A stretch of 64,000 bases of DNA from Macrostomum lignano (lineage: Eukaryota). A program made the position numbers and the translations under genes. How positions within the stretch are numbered: the stretch's first letter is position 1; each line of letters begins with the position of its first letter. This document shows, piece by piece, positions 36,850 through 50,900 of the stretch. Under the pieces are notes generated by a model. The model was not told the origin of the DNA. It saw nothing but the letters and a program-made list of their open reading frames with translations, and did no database searches. The DNA is taken from contig NIVC01000421.1 of NCBI GenBank assembly GCA_002269645.1, positions 496,001-560,000 on the forward strand. The letters are read 5' to 3'.

Positions 36850-39765
36850 TCCTGACACTATCAACACTTTCTGACACTAGCTATCTATAGTTTCTGACAC
36901 TATCTATAGTTTTCTGGCACTATCTATAGTTTTCTGACACTATCTATAGTTTTCTGGCACTATCTATAGTTTTCTGACACTATCTATAGTTTTCTGACAC
37001 TATCTACAATTTTCTGACACTATCTATAGTTTCTGACACTATCTATAGTTTTCTGACACTATCTACAGTTTTCTGACACTATCTATAGTTTCTGACAACC
37101 CCTTGACACTATCTATGGTTTCTGACAACCCCTGATAATACATGTATCTATAGGTTCTGACAACCTTCTGACACTATCTATAATTTTTGACAGCCCCCTG
37201 ACACTATCTAAAGCGTCTGACAGCCTTCTGACACTATCTAAAGCATCTGACAGCCCCCTGACACAATCTAAAGCGTCTGACAGCCTTCTGACACTATCTA
37301 AAGCATCTGACAGCCCCCTGACACTATCTAAAGCGTCTGACAGCCTTCTGACACTATCTAAAGCATCTGACAGCCCCCTGACACAATCTAAAGCGTCTGA
37401 CAGCCTTCTTACACTATCTAAAGCATCTGACAGCCCCCTGACACTATCTAAAGCGTCTGACAGCCTTCTGACACTATCTAAAGCATCTGACAGCCCCCTG
37501 ACACAATCTAAAGCGTCTGACAGCCTTCTTACACTATCTAAAGCATCTGACAGCCCCCTGACACTATCTAAAGCGTCTGACAGCCTTCTGACACTATCTA
37601 AAGCATCTGACAGCCCCCTGACACAATCTAAAGCGTCTGACAGCCTTCTTACACTATCTAAAGCATCTGACAGCCCCCTGACACAATCTAAAGCGTCTGA
37701 CAGCCTTCTTACACTATCTAAAGCATCTGACAGCCCCCTGACACAATCTAAAGCGTCTGACAGCCTTCTTACACTATCTAAAGCATCTGACAGCCCCCTG
37801 ACACTATCTAAAGCATCTGACAGCCCCCTGACACTATCTAAAGCATCTGACAGCCCCCTGACACTATCTAAAGCATCTGACAGCCCCCTGACACTATCTA
37901 AAGCATCTGACAGCCTTCTTACACTATCTAAAGCATCTGACAGCCCCCTGACACAATCTAAAGCGTCTGACAGCCTTCTGACACTATCTAAAGCATCTGA
38001 CAGCCCCCTGACACTATCTAAAGCGTCTGACAGCCTTCTGACACTATCTAAAGCATCTGACAGCCCCCTGACACAATCTAAAGCGTCTGACAGCCTTCTT
38101 ACACTATCTAAAGCATCTGACAGCCCCCTGACACTATCTAAAGCGTCTGACAGCCTTCTGACACTATCTAAAGCATCTGACAGCCCCCTGACACAATCTA
38201 AAGCGTCTGACAGCCTTCTTACACTATCTAAAGCATCTGACAGCCCCCTGACACTATCTAAAGCGTCTGACAGCCTTCTGACACTATCTAAAGCATCTGA
38301 CAGCCCCCTGACACAATCTAAAGCGTCTGACAGCCTTCTTACACTATCTAAAGCATCTGACAGCCCCCTGACACAATCTAAAGCGTCTGACAGCCTTCTT
38401 ACACTATCTAAAGCATCTGACAGCCCCCTGACACAATCTAAAGCGTCTGACAGCCTTCTTACACTATCTAAAGCATCTGACAGCCCCCTGACACTATCTA
38501 AAGCATCTGACAGCCCCCTGACACTATCTAAAGCATCTGACAGCCCCCTGACACTATCTAAAGCATCTGACAGCCCCCTGACACTATCTAAAGCATCTGA
38601 CAGCCTTCTTACACTATCTAAAGCATCTGACAGCCCCCTGACACTATCTAAAGCGTCTGACAGCCTTCTTACACTATCTAAAGCATCTGACAGCCCCCTG
38701 ACACTATCTAAAGCGTCTGACAGCCTTCTGACACTATCTAAAGCATCTGACAGCCCCCTGACACAATCTAAAGCGTCTGACAGCCTTCTTACACTATCTA
38801 AAGCATCTGACAGCCCCCTGACACAATCTAAAGCGTCTGACAGCCTTCTTACACTATCTAAAGCATCTGACAGCCCCCTGACACTATCTAAAGCGTCTGA
38901 CAGCCTTCTTACACTATCTAAAGCATCTGACAGCCCCCTGACACTATCTAAAGCATCTGACAGCCTTCTTACACTATCTAAAGCATCTGACAGCCCCCTG
39001 ACACTATCTAAAGCGTCTGACAGCTTTCTGACACTATCTAAAGCGTCTGACAGCCTTCTTACACTATCTAAAGCATCTGACAGCCCCCTGACACAATCTA
39101 AAGCGTCTGACAGCCTTCTTACACTATCTAAAGCATCTGACAGCCCCCTGACACAATCTAAAGCGTCTGACAGCCTTCTTACACTATCTAAAGCATCTGA
39201 CAGCCCCCTGACACTATCTAAAGCATCTGACAGCCCCCTGACACTATCTAAAGCATCTGACAGCCCCCTGACACTATCTAAAGCATCTGACAGCCCCCTG
39301 ACACTATCTAAAGCATCTGACAGCCTTCTTACACTATCTAAAGCATCTGACAGCCCCCTGACACTATCTAAAGCGTCTGACAGCCTTCTTACACTATCTA
39401 AAGCATCTGACAGCCCCCTGACACAATCTAAAGCGTCTGACAGCCTTCTTACACTATCTAAAGCATCTGACAGCCCCCTGACACTATCTAAAGCGTCTGA
39501 CAGCCTTCTTACACTATCTAAAGCATCTGACAGCCCCCTGACACTATCTAAAGCGTCTGACAGCCTTCTGACACTATCTAAAGCGTCTGACAGCCTTCTT
39601 ACACTATCTAAAGCATCTGACAGCCCCCTGACACAATCTAAAGCGTCTGACAGCCTTCTTACACTATCTAAAGCATCTGACAGCCCCCTGACACTATCTA
39701 AAGCGTCTGACAGCCTTCTTACACTATCTAAAGCATCTGACAGCCCCCTGACACTATCTATAGTG
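36850..39765. repeat. Related satellite downstream of TRPV: 20-21-bp units (to ~37110), then 30-bp units (ctgacagccccctgacactatctaaagcat)
   Basis: Direct; shares the ctgacactatcta core with the intron 12 array. Confidence 0.97.
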
Positions 39766-40139
39766 TCTATTTTAGGGAATGCAGTTAATGCGCCTTGAGT
39801 AAATAGCCAAAGAAAGCAGTGCTCACTCATACAATGCATCGCCTCGTTTCAGTGTTCTATTTTCTTATATTTTTTTCACACGGGTGTACCATGAAAACGC
39901 CTTTCTATAGGCACTTTTTGAAAGGCTATGCAAGACTGAATCTAGTAAGAAGGCACAGAGAGAAATTCGGCAAAGAGTTGGTGTTCACACAAGTCACAGT
40001 GCAAGAGTGCCAAAAAACCATATTGGGTAAAACTGAAAGCATTGCTTTTGCATATGCGAGAGTAATGTTCGTATTTGGGTGAGACCCTTATGAACGCCAA
40101 TATTGCGGATGGCCTAAGGGTGCTTCGGTCTTTTAGGTA

Positions 40140-40432
40140 GGCACCCCTGTCTCTTCGGTTAGCGCCCCTGTCTCTTCGGTTGGCGCCCCTGTCTCTTCGG
40201 TTGGCGCCCCTGTCTCTTAGGTTGGCGCCCCTGTCTCTTAGGTTGGCGCCCCTGTCTCTTAGTTTAGCGCCCCTGTCTCTTAGTTTAACGCCCCTGTCTC
40301 TTCGGTTGGCGCCCCTGTCTTTTAGGTTAGCGCCCCTGTCTCTTCGGTTGGCACCCCTGTCTCTTCGGTTGGCGCCCCTGTCTCTTCGGTTGGCGCCCCT
40401 GTCTTTTATAATGGCGCCCCTGCGAGGGCGCC
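40140..40432. repeat. 21-bp minisatellite (ggcgcccctgtctcttcggtt)
   Basis: Direct. Confidence 0.95.
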
Positions 40433-40950
40433 CCTGCGCCGTCAGAGGTAAAGCTCTCTGAGAGTTTAAGGCAGAAAATTCCTAGTCAACTTAGCATACA
40501 GGAAGTTTGACAATAAACTCCAAGGGTAGTTCAGCTAAAAGGGACGAATTCGCAAATTTGAATGGCAGAAGCAGAAGCAGCACAAGGGTTACGACGCGTA
40601 CATTGACAGAGACAATAGCAAGCAGAGCCCAGAGTCTGGACAGAAGGCGACGTCACGCGTTTGTCAGGCAATTGCAGTATGGGCAACTCGAAAAAATCTT
40701 AGAAAAATATCTGCCCCAGCACTATCTGGGCTTGGCGCGTACACTCACTGCACTGTACAGCTGCTCCGCTGTCTACTTAAATCGTACAGACTAAGAAAGA
40801 TAACTCACAGAGCTACTCTCTGACACAACAAGGTTCTACATGGTGTTCAGCATCGCAGATCCTTAGATAACATATCTTTAAGCGTAGTACTCGCATTGTA
40901 CAGCAGCAGAGTAACCGAAACTTGTGCCAAACCTGCGTCTCAGCCAAGAG

Positions 40951-42667
40951 ATGGGCAACAGGCACAGCAAAAGCTCGACAAAGAAGCCAAAAAATCGTAA
41001 AAAGCGAAAGTCGGAAGGTCAGCAAATTCCTACAAGCCAGTCCGTGCCCAATCTTTCGACGGTGGAGGAACCATCCAGATCGGAGCCGGCTGTGAGAAAC
41101 TCGGGATCACAGGATGACCTGCTGCACAATGGGTCAGTGCATGTACAGCAGCCGCACCTACCGCCACCGCGACCGCCGCCAAAGATGCCTGAAAAAAGTA
41201 GAAAGCAGATGAAAGCGCTGTTCGACTTTGAGAAGCAGACAGATGGCGATCTGTCCTTCAAGAAAGACGACATCTTTGATCTAGTGGACGACTCGGACCA
41301 GTTCTGGTGGAAGATGACCCACACCGGCACAGGAGAAACCGGCTACGTGCCATACAACTACGTTCAACAGTACGACGGAGGGCCGACCTCATTATCCTGC
41401 TGGTTCGATCTGGACCGCAGAGAGGCGGAGAGGAACCTGCTGATGCCGGGCCTTCAAGAGGGGACGTTTCTGCTGCGGCCCTGCCGGCAGAGAGCCGACC
41501 AAGCGCTTTACACTCTGAGCATTCGGACTGAGGAAAATACTCGAAATATGGGGAGACAAATCCTAGTGAAGCACTACATGGTGAGACCGTTGGACTCTGG
41601 AGGCCTCTACATCTCGCCTAAAATAACATTCCCAACTGTGAAGGAGCTGTTAGAGCACTATGAGCACACTCAAGATGGACTCTGCTGCAAGCTTTCAAAG
41701 CCGTGCCCTCGAAAGTATGAACCGCCGCCTCAATTCCGAGACCTTGAGCTCAACAGGAACCAGCTTCAACTCGTAGAAAAGATTGGAAAAGGATCTTTCG
41801 GAGAAGTCAGTATAAATACTGTATTACCTTAGCATGCCTTATGTGCCCCTCCTAATTTTTATCGATTTCCAACTGCAGGTCTGGAAGGCAAAACTCGGTC
41901 GGTTAGTTGAAGTGGCGGTAAAGATGATGCACTCTGACGGTCAAGGCATCGCTATGAACAAGGGCGAGTTCATTCGCGAAGCGCAAACCATGCACCAGCT
42001 GCATCACCCAAAGATTGTCCAACTGCTCGGAGTGTGCACCACCGAGGAGCCTTTCTACATCGTCACCGAGCTCATGCCCAACGGAGCACTGCTGTCGTAC
42101 TTGAAGAACGACGAGAAGAACGGAAGGAAAATAACGTACCGCGCAATGCTTGACATGCTGTTCCAGATCGCTGACGGAATGGCCTACCTGGAGGAGAAGA
42201 AGTTTATTCACAGAGATCTGAGAGCCGCCAACATTCTCGTTGGACACGAGAACGTGGTGAAGGTGGGCGACTTCGGGCTGAGCCGACTCATTGAGGAGGA
42301 CGTGTATGACGTAGGTGAGAACACGAAGTTCCCCATCCGCTGGACGGCTCCGGAGGCTGCGACCGACAAGGTGTTTACCAACAAGTCGGACGTGTGGTCT
42401 TTCGGCGTCCTGATCTACGAGGTCGTGACGCGAGGCCGGGTTCCGTACCAGGAGCTTCAGAACAAAGCGATTCTAAGTCTGGTCTCGAACGGCCATCGAA
42501 TGCCGAACCCGCACAATGAGCAGCAGGGCATTCGATGCGACGAGTTTTTGTATAAAAACATCATGCTGGCCTGCTGGCACTCAAGCGAGCAGGAGAGACC
42601 CACCTTCGCCACCTTGAGGAACATCTTCGAGAGCTACGAAACCGAGGCGGAACGGCAATATGAGTGA
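40951..42667 (+). CDS. Src-family tyrosine kinase, paralog 1, exons 40951-41805 and 41879-42667; ~547 aa
   Basis: MGNRHSK myristoylation signal; SH3 (ALFDF..WW..GYVPYNYV); SH2 (GTFLLRPC); kinase GKGSFGEVW, VAVK, HRDLRAAN, DFG, FPIRWTAPEA; C-terminal RQYE; 73-nt GT-AG intron. Confidence 0.95.
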
Positions 42668-43332
42668 TGTTGTGCTGAGAACTATGCCAATAGTCTGTGC
42701 TGTCTGTTGCTCCGACGTTACGCTCTTATTTGGTTGTTTAGTTTTGTTTTCTTGCTCCTCTTAGCATACGCCGCCGTCGCTTGGTGGATTTCGACGATAC
42801 GAGTATTGTGTTTTAAATGTTTATACGGACTCATTGAGTGCATATTTTCCACTTAAAGTACCTTTTTTCTTGTGTTGAAAGTGAACTTTAAAACATAATT
42901 TTTATCGGTCCGAATGTATTCCAAAGATTTTTCACTCTAAACATTCGAGACTTAGCTATTTATTTTTTTAGTATCCAAGCTTCGTTATGCTACTTGATGC
43001 ACAATGGTTGCCATTCGAATTCGAATTGCTATCTTGATTTTTATTGTTGATGCCAACTGAAAAAACTTTAAATGCGTTGACATGTAGAACATATTTTTTT
43101 AAACCTGTGAATACGTTCATGCTGTGAGGACGGCGTTCTTTAACAATAACACTGTTTTGATTTATTATTTACTCCGGTCTCATCAAATAAATATATTTTT
43201 AGATCTCATTCGTTGACCATGAAAAGCAACGACTAACTGTTGATAGTGGCTGCAAAAATTCACCGAAGGTTCAAGTCATGAAGGAGTCTCACATTTATAG
43301 AAAAATATTTACTTTCTTTTATTTAGGTCTAA

Positions 43333-44568
43333 TGCAGGAGGGTTTCTGCAGGAGGGTTTCTGCAGGAGGGTTTAATGCAGAAGGGTTTCTGCAGGAGGGT
43401 TTCTGCAGGAGGGTTTCTGCAGGAGGGTTTCTGCAGGAGGGTTTAATGCAGAAGGGTTTCTGCAGGAGGGTTTCTGCAGGAGGGTTTCTGCAGGAGGGTT
43501 TCTGCAGGAGGGTTTAATGCAGAAGGGTTTCTGCAGGAGGGTTTCTGCAGGAGGGTTTCTGCAGGAGGGTTTCTGCAGGAGGGTTTCTGCAGGAGGGTTT
43601 AATGCAGGAGGGTTTAATGCAGAAGGGTTTCTGCAAGAGGGTTTCTGCAGGAGGGTTTCTGCAGGAGGGTCTAATGCAGGAGGGTTTCTGCAGGAGGGTT
43701 TAATGCAGGAGGGTTTCTGCAGGAGGGTTTAATGCAGGAGGGTTTCTGCAGGAGGGTTTCTGCAGGAGGGTTTAATGCAGGAGGGTTTAATGCAGAAGGG
43801 TTTCTACAGGAGGGTTTCTGCAGGAGGGTTTCTGCAGGAGGGTTTCTGCAGGAGGGTCTAATGCAGGAGGGTTTCTGCAGGAGGGTTTAATGCAGGAGGG
43901 TTTCTGCAGGAGGGTTTCTGCAGGAGGGTTTCTGCAGGAGGGTTTCTGCAGGAGGGTTTCTGCAGGAGGGTTTAATGCAGGAGGGTTTAATGCAGAAGGG
44001 TTTCTGCAGGAGGGTCTAATGCAGAAGGGTTTCTGCAGGAGGGTTTCTGCAGGAGAGTTTCTCGCAGGAGGGTTTCTGCAGAAGGGCTTCTGCAGGAGGG
44101 TTTCTGCACGAGGGTTTCTGAAGGAGGGTTTAATGCAGGAGGGTTTAATGCAGAAGGGTTTCTGCAGGAGGGTTTAATGCAGGAGGGTTTCTGCAGGAGG
44201 GTTTCTGCAGGAGGGTTTCTGCAGGAGGGTTTCTGCAGGAGGGTTTCTGCAGGAGGGTTTCTGCAGGAGGGTTTCTGCAGGAGAGTTTCTCGCAGGAGGG
44301 TTTCTCGCAGGAGGGTTTAATGCAGGAGGGTTTCTGCATGCAGGAGGGTTTTAATGCAGGAGGGTTTCCCGCACGAGGGTTTCCTGCACGAGGGTTTCCC
44401 GCACGAGGGTTTCCCACGCGAGGGTTTCCCGCACGAGGGTTTCCCGCACGAGGGTTTCCCACACGAGGGTTTCCCGCACGAGGGTTTCTCGCACGAGGGT
44501 TTCCCGCACGAGGGTTTCCCGCACGAGGGTTTCCCGCACGAGGGTTTCCCGCACGAGGGTTTCCCGCA
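43333..44568. repeat. 14/15-bp satellite (gcaggagggtttct / gcaggagggtttaat), grading to gcacgagggtttccc, between the Src paralogs
   Basis: Direct. Confidence 0.95.
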
Positions 44569-45406
44569 GTCCGCAGAGAAGAAAAATACACGACATGTGA
44601 GCTTTTATCACTCAACTTTGACGCAACTCCCATTTACTATATGATTGTCTTATACCGGTTTAAACGTTTTAAAGTTCTTAAAATGAGCTTTTTGAGTGTG
44701 ATAAACTTGAGCATTAAGTAACAGATGGATAGCAAATGAACAGCTATAGTTATTAAGTACGTCGATCACAGTTGAAAACTACTGCCGCGTCATCTCAAAA
44801 GCGTCCGGCTAATGGGCTTGAAGATGTAAAAACTTAATTGCATAAAAGGCTGAGCGAAAGAAACTTAGAGAATTAATATAGGTTGCCTATTCGCACTCGT
44901 ACATGCAAGCCAACTGCGTAGTTTATTTACTTGGCAGAGGTCTAAGGCGCGCCTTGAAGCTTTGTGGGCTGTTTTTCTAGCAGAGAAAGAAACGCAAAAA
45001 GGAGAGAAATGAAAAACTAGGAGAGAGAGAGGAGAGATAAAAAGAGCGGACAGAGCAGAGCGGCAGAGTTAGAGGAGGTTGTCGCCAATGAACACACAGC
45101 TCTCATACTCGCACGTCTCTGCAGCATGCTATCGAGTCGCGACTCGGCTCTTTCTTAAACGGCTCGCGCACAAGATTCACAGGAATAACCCCCGAGAACC
45201 AAACCGAAGGGCGTACATTCGCTGTAAAATGTGTGTGCTCTTAGCTATAGTATTATGACTGAGCATTTAGTTGATAGGCTGAAAACAGCCTCGGTTTTAG
45301 CAGCCGTAGCCCTCAAAAGAAAATCCTTAAAAGTCTCTTTACATCACACGGACTACATCAGACAGAGCGGAAAGCAATAAGTTAGAATTGAGAACTCATC
45401 AGCAGA

Positions 45407-47064
45407 ATGGGAAATTGCATTAGTAGAAAAGAGCAAGAAAATAGCGATATCAGAATGCCACAGCCAATGCCACAGTCTCAGCCTGAGTTCCAGACTCAGC
45501 GTCAGCAGCAGTACCAGGCACCGTTGCCGCCTGCATCGCAGCAGCAACCAGTTGTGTTGCAGAAGCCTCCAACCCAGGCGCCAGCAATAGCTCCCCGTCG
45601 AAAGCAGATGAGGGCATTGTTCTCATTTGAAAAGCAGGTAGAAGGCGACCTGTCTTTCAGAAAAGACGACATCCTGGATTTAGTCGACAACTCGGACGAG
45701 TTCTGGTGGAAGATGCGCCACACCGAAACAGGAGAAACCGGCTACGTGCCATACAACTATGTTCAACCGTACGATGGGAGCCCGACCTCAATGGCATGCT
45801 GGTTCGACGTGGATCGCAGAGAGGCGGAGAGGAACCTGCTGATGCCGGGCCTTCAGGAAGGGACATTTCTGCTGCGGCCCTGTCGGCAGAAAGCCGACCA
45901 AGCCGTTTACAGTCTGAGCATTCGAATAGAGGAGCAGACGCGGAACGAGGGCAGACAAATATTTGTTAAACACTACATGGTGAAGCCAACCGACCAAAAT
46001 GGATTTTATATTAGTCCAAAAAAGATTTTTGCAAGCATGCAGAATCTAGTGAGGCACTATCAGAACGCTGAAGACGGACTCTGCTGCCGCTTGACTGTGC
46101 CGTGTCAGCGAAAGTACGTGCCGCCGCCTCAATTCCGAGACTTTGAGCTTAACAGGAATCAACTCACGTTAATTGAAAAGCTCGGCCGTGGATCATTTGG
46201 AGAGGTAATCGCGAGCACACGGGCTGTAATTCAATTAGCATGAACCAAAACTTAAAAATGCCAAACTAATTTCAGGTCTGGAAGGCAAAACTCGGTCGGT
46301 TAGTTGAAGTGGCGGTAAAGATGATGCACTCGAACGGTCAAGGCATCGCTATGAATCAGCAAGACTTCATTCGCGAAGCCCAAACCATGCACAAGCTGCA
46401 CCACCCTAAGATTGTCCAACTGCTCGGAGTGTGCACCACCGAGGAGCCTTTCTACATCGTCACCGAGCTCATGGCCAACGGAGCACTTACAACTTATCTA
46501 AAGAACGACGAAGAAAATGGAAGAAGAATTACATTTGACAACATGCTTGACATGCTGTTCCAGATCGCTGACGGAATGGCCTACCTCGAGGAGAAGAAGT
46601 TCCTTCACAGAGATCTGAGAGCCGCCAACATTCTCGTTGGACACGAGAACGTGGTGAAGGTGAGCGATTTCGGATTGAGCCGTTTCATGGAGGAAGACGC
46701 GTATGATGCAGGTGAGAACACGAAGTTCCCCATCCGCTGGACGGCTCCGGAGGCTGCGACCAAGAAGGTGTTCACAAACAAGTCGGACGTGTGGTCTTTC
46801 GGCGTCCTGATCTACGAGATTGTGACGCGAGGCCGCATACCGTACCCAGAGTACGGGAACCGGGACATTTTGCGGATGGTGTCCCGTGGATATCGAATGA
46901 AAAATCCGCACAACGATGACCAAGGCGTTTTCTGTGATGAATTCCTCTATGAGAACATCATGTTGTCCTGTTGGAAAGCAGACCCGTCCGAACGGCCGAC
47001 GTTTGCCACACTGAGAGGCATCTTTGAGAACTATTACGTGGAGAAGCAGCACCAGTATGAGTAA
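45407..47064 (+). CDS. Src-family tyrosine kinase, paralog 2, exons 45407-46204 and 46276-47064; ~528 aa
   Basis: MGNCISRK N-terminus; same SH3-SH2-kinase layout and intron position as paralog 1; HRDLRAAN, FPIRWTAPEA; C-terminal HQYE; 71-nt intron. Confidence 0.95.
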
Positions 47065-48128
47065 TATCTTACCGATTGTTCGTTTTATCCATTGTTCGCG
47101 CACTCGTATGACTGTTGTATCTAATCAACGTATCTCAATACCATGCTATTCAGTTTGCATGCGAAGTGCATTATGTTTATACAATAAGTTGGTAATTAAC
47201 TAAGCTAGTTTTAACTAAGTTTTAGGAGCTGCCTACCGACTTGACGTTCGCCTGTAAATGTTTTTGTGCTGCTTTTTTGCATCGCAAACTTTATTTATTC
47301 TTTTGATACGCTTTGAGCCTTTTTGTTGCCATGCAGTTGATTTACGTGTATCTAAAACTTTTTTATTCAATCATGTCTCGGCTTGTTTATTCAGTCCATG
47401 TACATGATAATCGTTGTACACTGCACACGTATTTTGCTACAACTTTGGATCCTACTGAAATCCTGAATGTTTTCTGTATGAGCATACAAAAAAACTGCTC
47501 TTAATTTGCAGTAACTGCCTGCTTGCACAGCCACACGGATGTAAGTTCATTGGCTGCAGTGTTTAATCGATGCTAGCTCGTATTTTTCAGAATTTCAACT
47601 GGTAAACATTTTATAAAATGTACAAGTACCACGTGTACTTTTATCCACAGATAATAAGAATCTATTAACACAGCAGCAGCTGATCTCTGGTAATAACCAA
47701 TAACCGTAGAAAGATTTTTGATGCTAAGTTGATTATTAGTCAACATATAAATATGCAATAGTGTTGAATGTACTATAAATGTATTCGAGTTTTTTTTTAA
47801 ATATACATGCAACTTCACCTGGCATTATATAGCCTAATTTATAGTCTGATAATTACAGCCAAGCACATTTTCAACAATTTCATTTTTCAGATTTCTAGCC
47901 AGGAATGAGTGTACTGTACTTATGAATTTAAACAAACTTCAAACAGGCTAATACTTATTTCAAAGTAAAACAAATGTTTTTAAATTTCCTTAATTGATCA
48001 TAATGATTCAATTAATGCGTTGCTGAATTGTAATTAACAATTAAGCTGCATGACTTTCAAACATATTACGTAATATACTTGACTGGTGTACAGCTAATAA
48101 TAACAAATTAAAACAATAAGTGCCTATA

Positions 48129-49044
48129 TGTTAAGGCAAACCATTAGACAAATCCTCCTTTGAACCTCGACTAATTTTTGCGCACCCTCCCTTCCTCCCC
48201 TATGAATCCGATGACAGATGCCGGTCGCCCACCTCACTCCCCCAGCGCACCAACCCCACCTCCTTTCGATTGTTCTGACAGTTTTATGACCCCCTTATCT
48301 CCCCAAGCTTTTTCCTGCTTGTTAAGTAATCCCCCATCATAAATCTTTTTTCTCCGCTGCCCCCCAGCCCTTTTCGTCCAATCACAGCGCGGCTGGCGGG
48401 TGACGTCATCAGGTTTGCTTGGTAACGGAGGTCAAGAACAAGTCACGGCCTTTAATATCATGCATAACGTTCACGTGATGCGCGACGCGTGATTTCAGGG
48501 CTGTTAAATACGAGCCCGTTTTGAACGCTGAGCCGCAATTTTCGAGGCGGCACGTCTTGATTTTACCTTCCCTTTTTTAGACATCAAAATGGCGTTATCC
48601 ATTATTCACCTGGGCTTAGGAAGGAATCGTAGACTAGAATCGCTCACCAGCTAAAAGATCCCCCTATCAAAAGTCCTCATTTCCAGCACTTACTAGACTC
48701 TTCCTGTACGCCTCGCATAGAGTCCCTCAATCGGCCATTTCTGGTACAGTTGGGGTCAAGACTTCGTGTACCTATAAGCAACCCGGGCCGGCAGGCCCGC
48801 GCTGTCTAGATAATGGGATCTTGGCCGCAACGTCAACTACCGCACCATCCAGAGGCGGACAAAGTCTAGATCGGACGAGGCTTGGCGGCTGTATACCTTT
48901 CAGCGCCATATCCCAGGGGGTTTGCAAAGGTGTTTTCAAGCAGCTAGCTCGGGTTACATCAATTAGTTGGCAACTTATTCTTTCCAAGTCAATTAGCAAA
49001 TAAAAGTTTCACGTACGACTCATTAATTCCCTCATATTCTTACA
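48129..49044 (+). mobile_element. Possible solo-LTR-like segment
   Basis: TGT...ACA candidate ends, internal CCAAT and TGACGTCA, AATAAA near the 3' end; no TSD or PBS confirmed. Confidence 0.25.
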
Positions 49045-50759
49045 ACGGGGTCGCTCAGTCAACTAAGTCACCTGCTTTAGTGAATTAATGTTTTCATAAT
49101 CAATTCGCCAGTTCGCACTCGACTAGGGGTCAGTATATAGTTAACAGAGGAGACAATAAAGCTGAAATTCTTAGACTTTTTAATGACTACGCAGCTCACG
49201 GGTGCAAGATTAAGAAATTAATTTAAAGAAGAAATTTTAGTTTAAATGATGGCTTGTTACGATCTAGAAAAGCCAGGAAAACGGGGAAAGAAACATATAC
49301 AGGATACCGACAGGGGATATCGCGCACTTTTTAATCGACTGCTGCTCGACCGTACATGAATGTATTCACTATTTGAACTGCATTTTAAAATCATAATAAA
49401 GTATAACTACATCTGTATGTAATTCATAAATTAATTTTTTCTCACCTGGCTTCCTGGGTCTGCCTGGCCCGGCAAGTATATCTCAATCCCGGCAAGTGTA
49501 TCTTGTATATCAAGAGATCTCCAAGCCTAATAGCCTACTAGAAGTAGTAAGATAAAAACATGAATACTATTTAAAACTAACATGCATCATACTATATTTT
49601 CAGTAATACATGCAATATCACGTAAACAGCGAGTGATCATTCCATAGTCCAAAAAACCGATTTTCAACCTATATTTCCAAATATGGTAAATGTCAATTTA
49701 AATGCGACCCAAGCTTCCCCTTTTCTATGTAAAGCCCCACCGATCAAGAGACAAAGTCCATCTTTTGATTCTTATCAATAAAACCGGTTTGAAGCTCAAG
49801 GTCGAATGAAATCGTGTATAAATACAAGCGAAACTCCGAGCTGAAACCTCAGACTCGGAGCAGCCTTAAGAGATCTTAGGCTTAGCCAGAGTTACTAAGC
49901 AAGGCTATATCTCTGAGAGAGACAAATACCAATTGGTAAGCATTTGTTAGAGTCTTTGTTATTTGAGTCTTTGTTATTCGATTATTGAGAGCTGTGTCAT
50001 TGCCGGCCGTTACTGATCAGTCGATTTATTGAGTTATTGAATTTGAGGCATCCCTATTCCTTAGGGATTGGATAGGATCTGCGGACCGAAACCGATGCTC
50101 TTAGTCGATTACTGATTGATTGATTTTGGTACCCTAGAGTAACCGATAGGAGCACACGACTCCGATTGCGTTATTTAGATGAGGACGCACTTTTTCCCAA
50201 ATCCCGCGCTAGCACATGGGCTCTAAACTTACTTGCCTACTAACAGTGGGCAATGGGCATTTTTATCCTTTTTCTGCGAATTTTCATAGAATCTATACTA
50301 GATATAATGTCTGGCCATACTAGTAGTCATAATAACATAGGCGGCTTTTTGGGTCATAAATCATCGCTTTCGAAGCTGATCTGACAGCCACCTGCGCCTC
50401 ACTCAGTGTTGAAGCGGGCGCCAGATGGTCTGAGAGGATGCGGGCGGTAGCTTTTTTCTCATCATTTTGACAGGCCATCAAGATTTATGAGGTCAGAGCC
50501 TATTGTTCGGATTCACTCAAGCGTGTGACAGCTTTGACAGTTATGCGTTTTACCCCTAAAAGTACCTTGGGATTAGCGATTAGCGATTTCTCTTCATTAT
50601 CTTCACTTTCTATTTAATAAGAGCTTTCTAATGTATATTTTTTCATTAATTTCTGTCAATCCTACGCGAAAAGTCATAAATCATTTTGTTGCGATTTTGA
50701 GTGATTTATGGCCGCACCTGTCATCTTTTTACGACCATGTGGGAACTGATAGGATCTCT

Positions 50760-50900
50760 CGGTCACGTGATTCTGGGTAGCAACGAGCTTAGCCAATCAG
50801 AAAATTCGGCGCTCATTTTAACAAAACGGCTCAGCCAATCAGAATCGACGTGTTCCGTTATAACAAACTGCGGTCCAGTTGGCGGCTATTTAAACCGGAG
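50760..50900 (+). promoter_or_regulatory. Promoter-like module (E-box CACGTG, two agccaatcag CCAAT boxes, TATA-like tatttaaa) with no identified gene
   Basis: Motifs and order are seen directly; function is inferred. Confidence 0.3.

Noticed and set aside
37113-39839. 908-aa ORF on the minus strand (DSVRRLSDAL repeats)
   Set aside because: It is a stop-free frame of a 30-bp satellite, with no unique domain or gene context.
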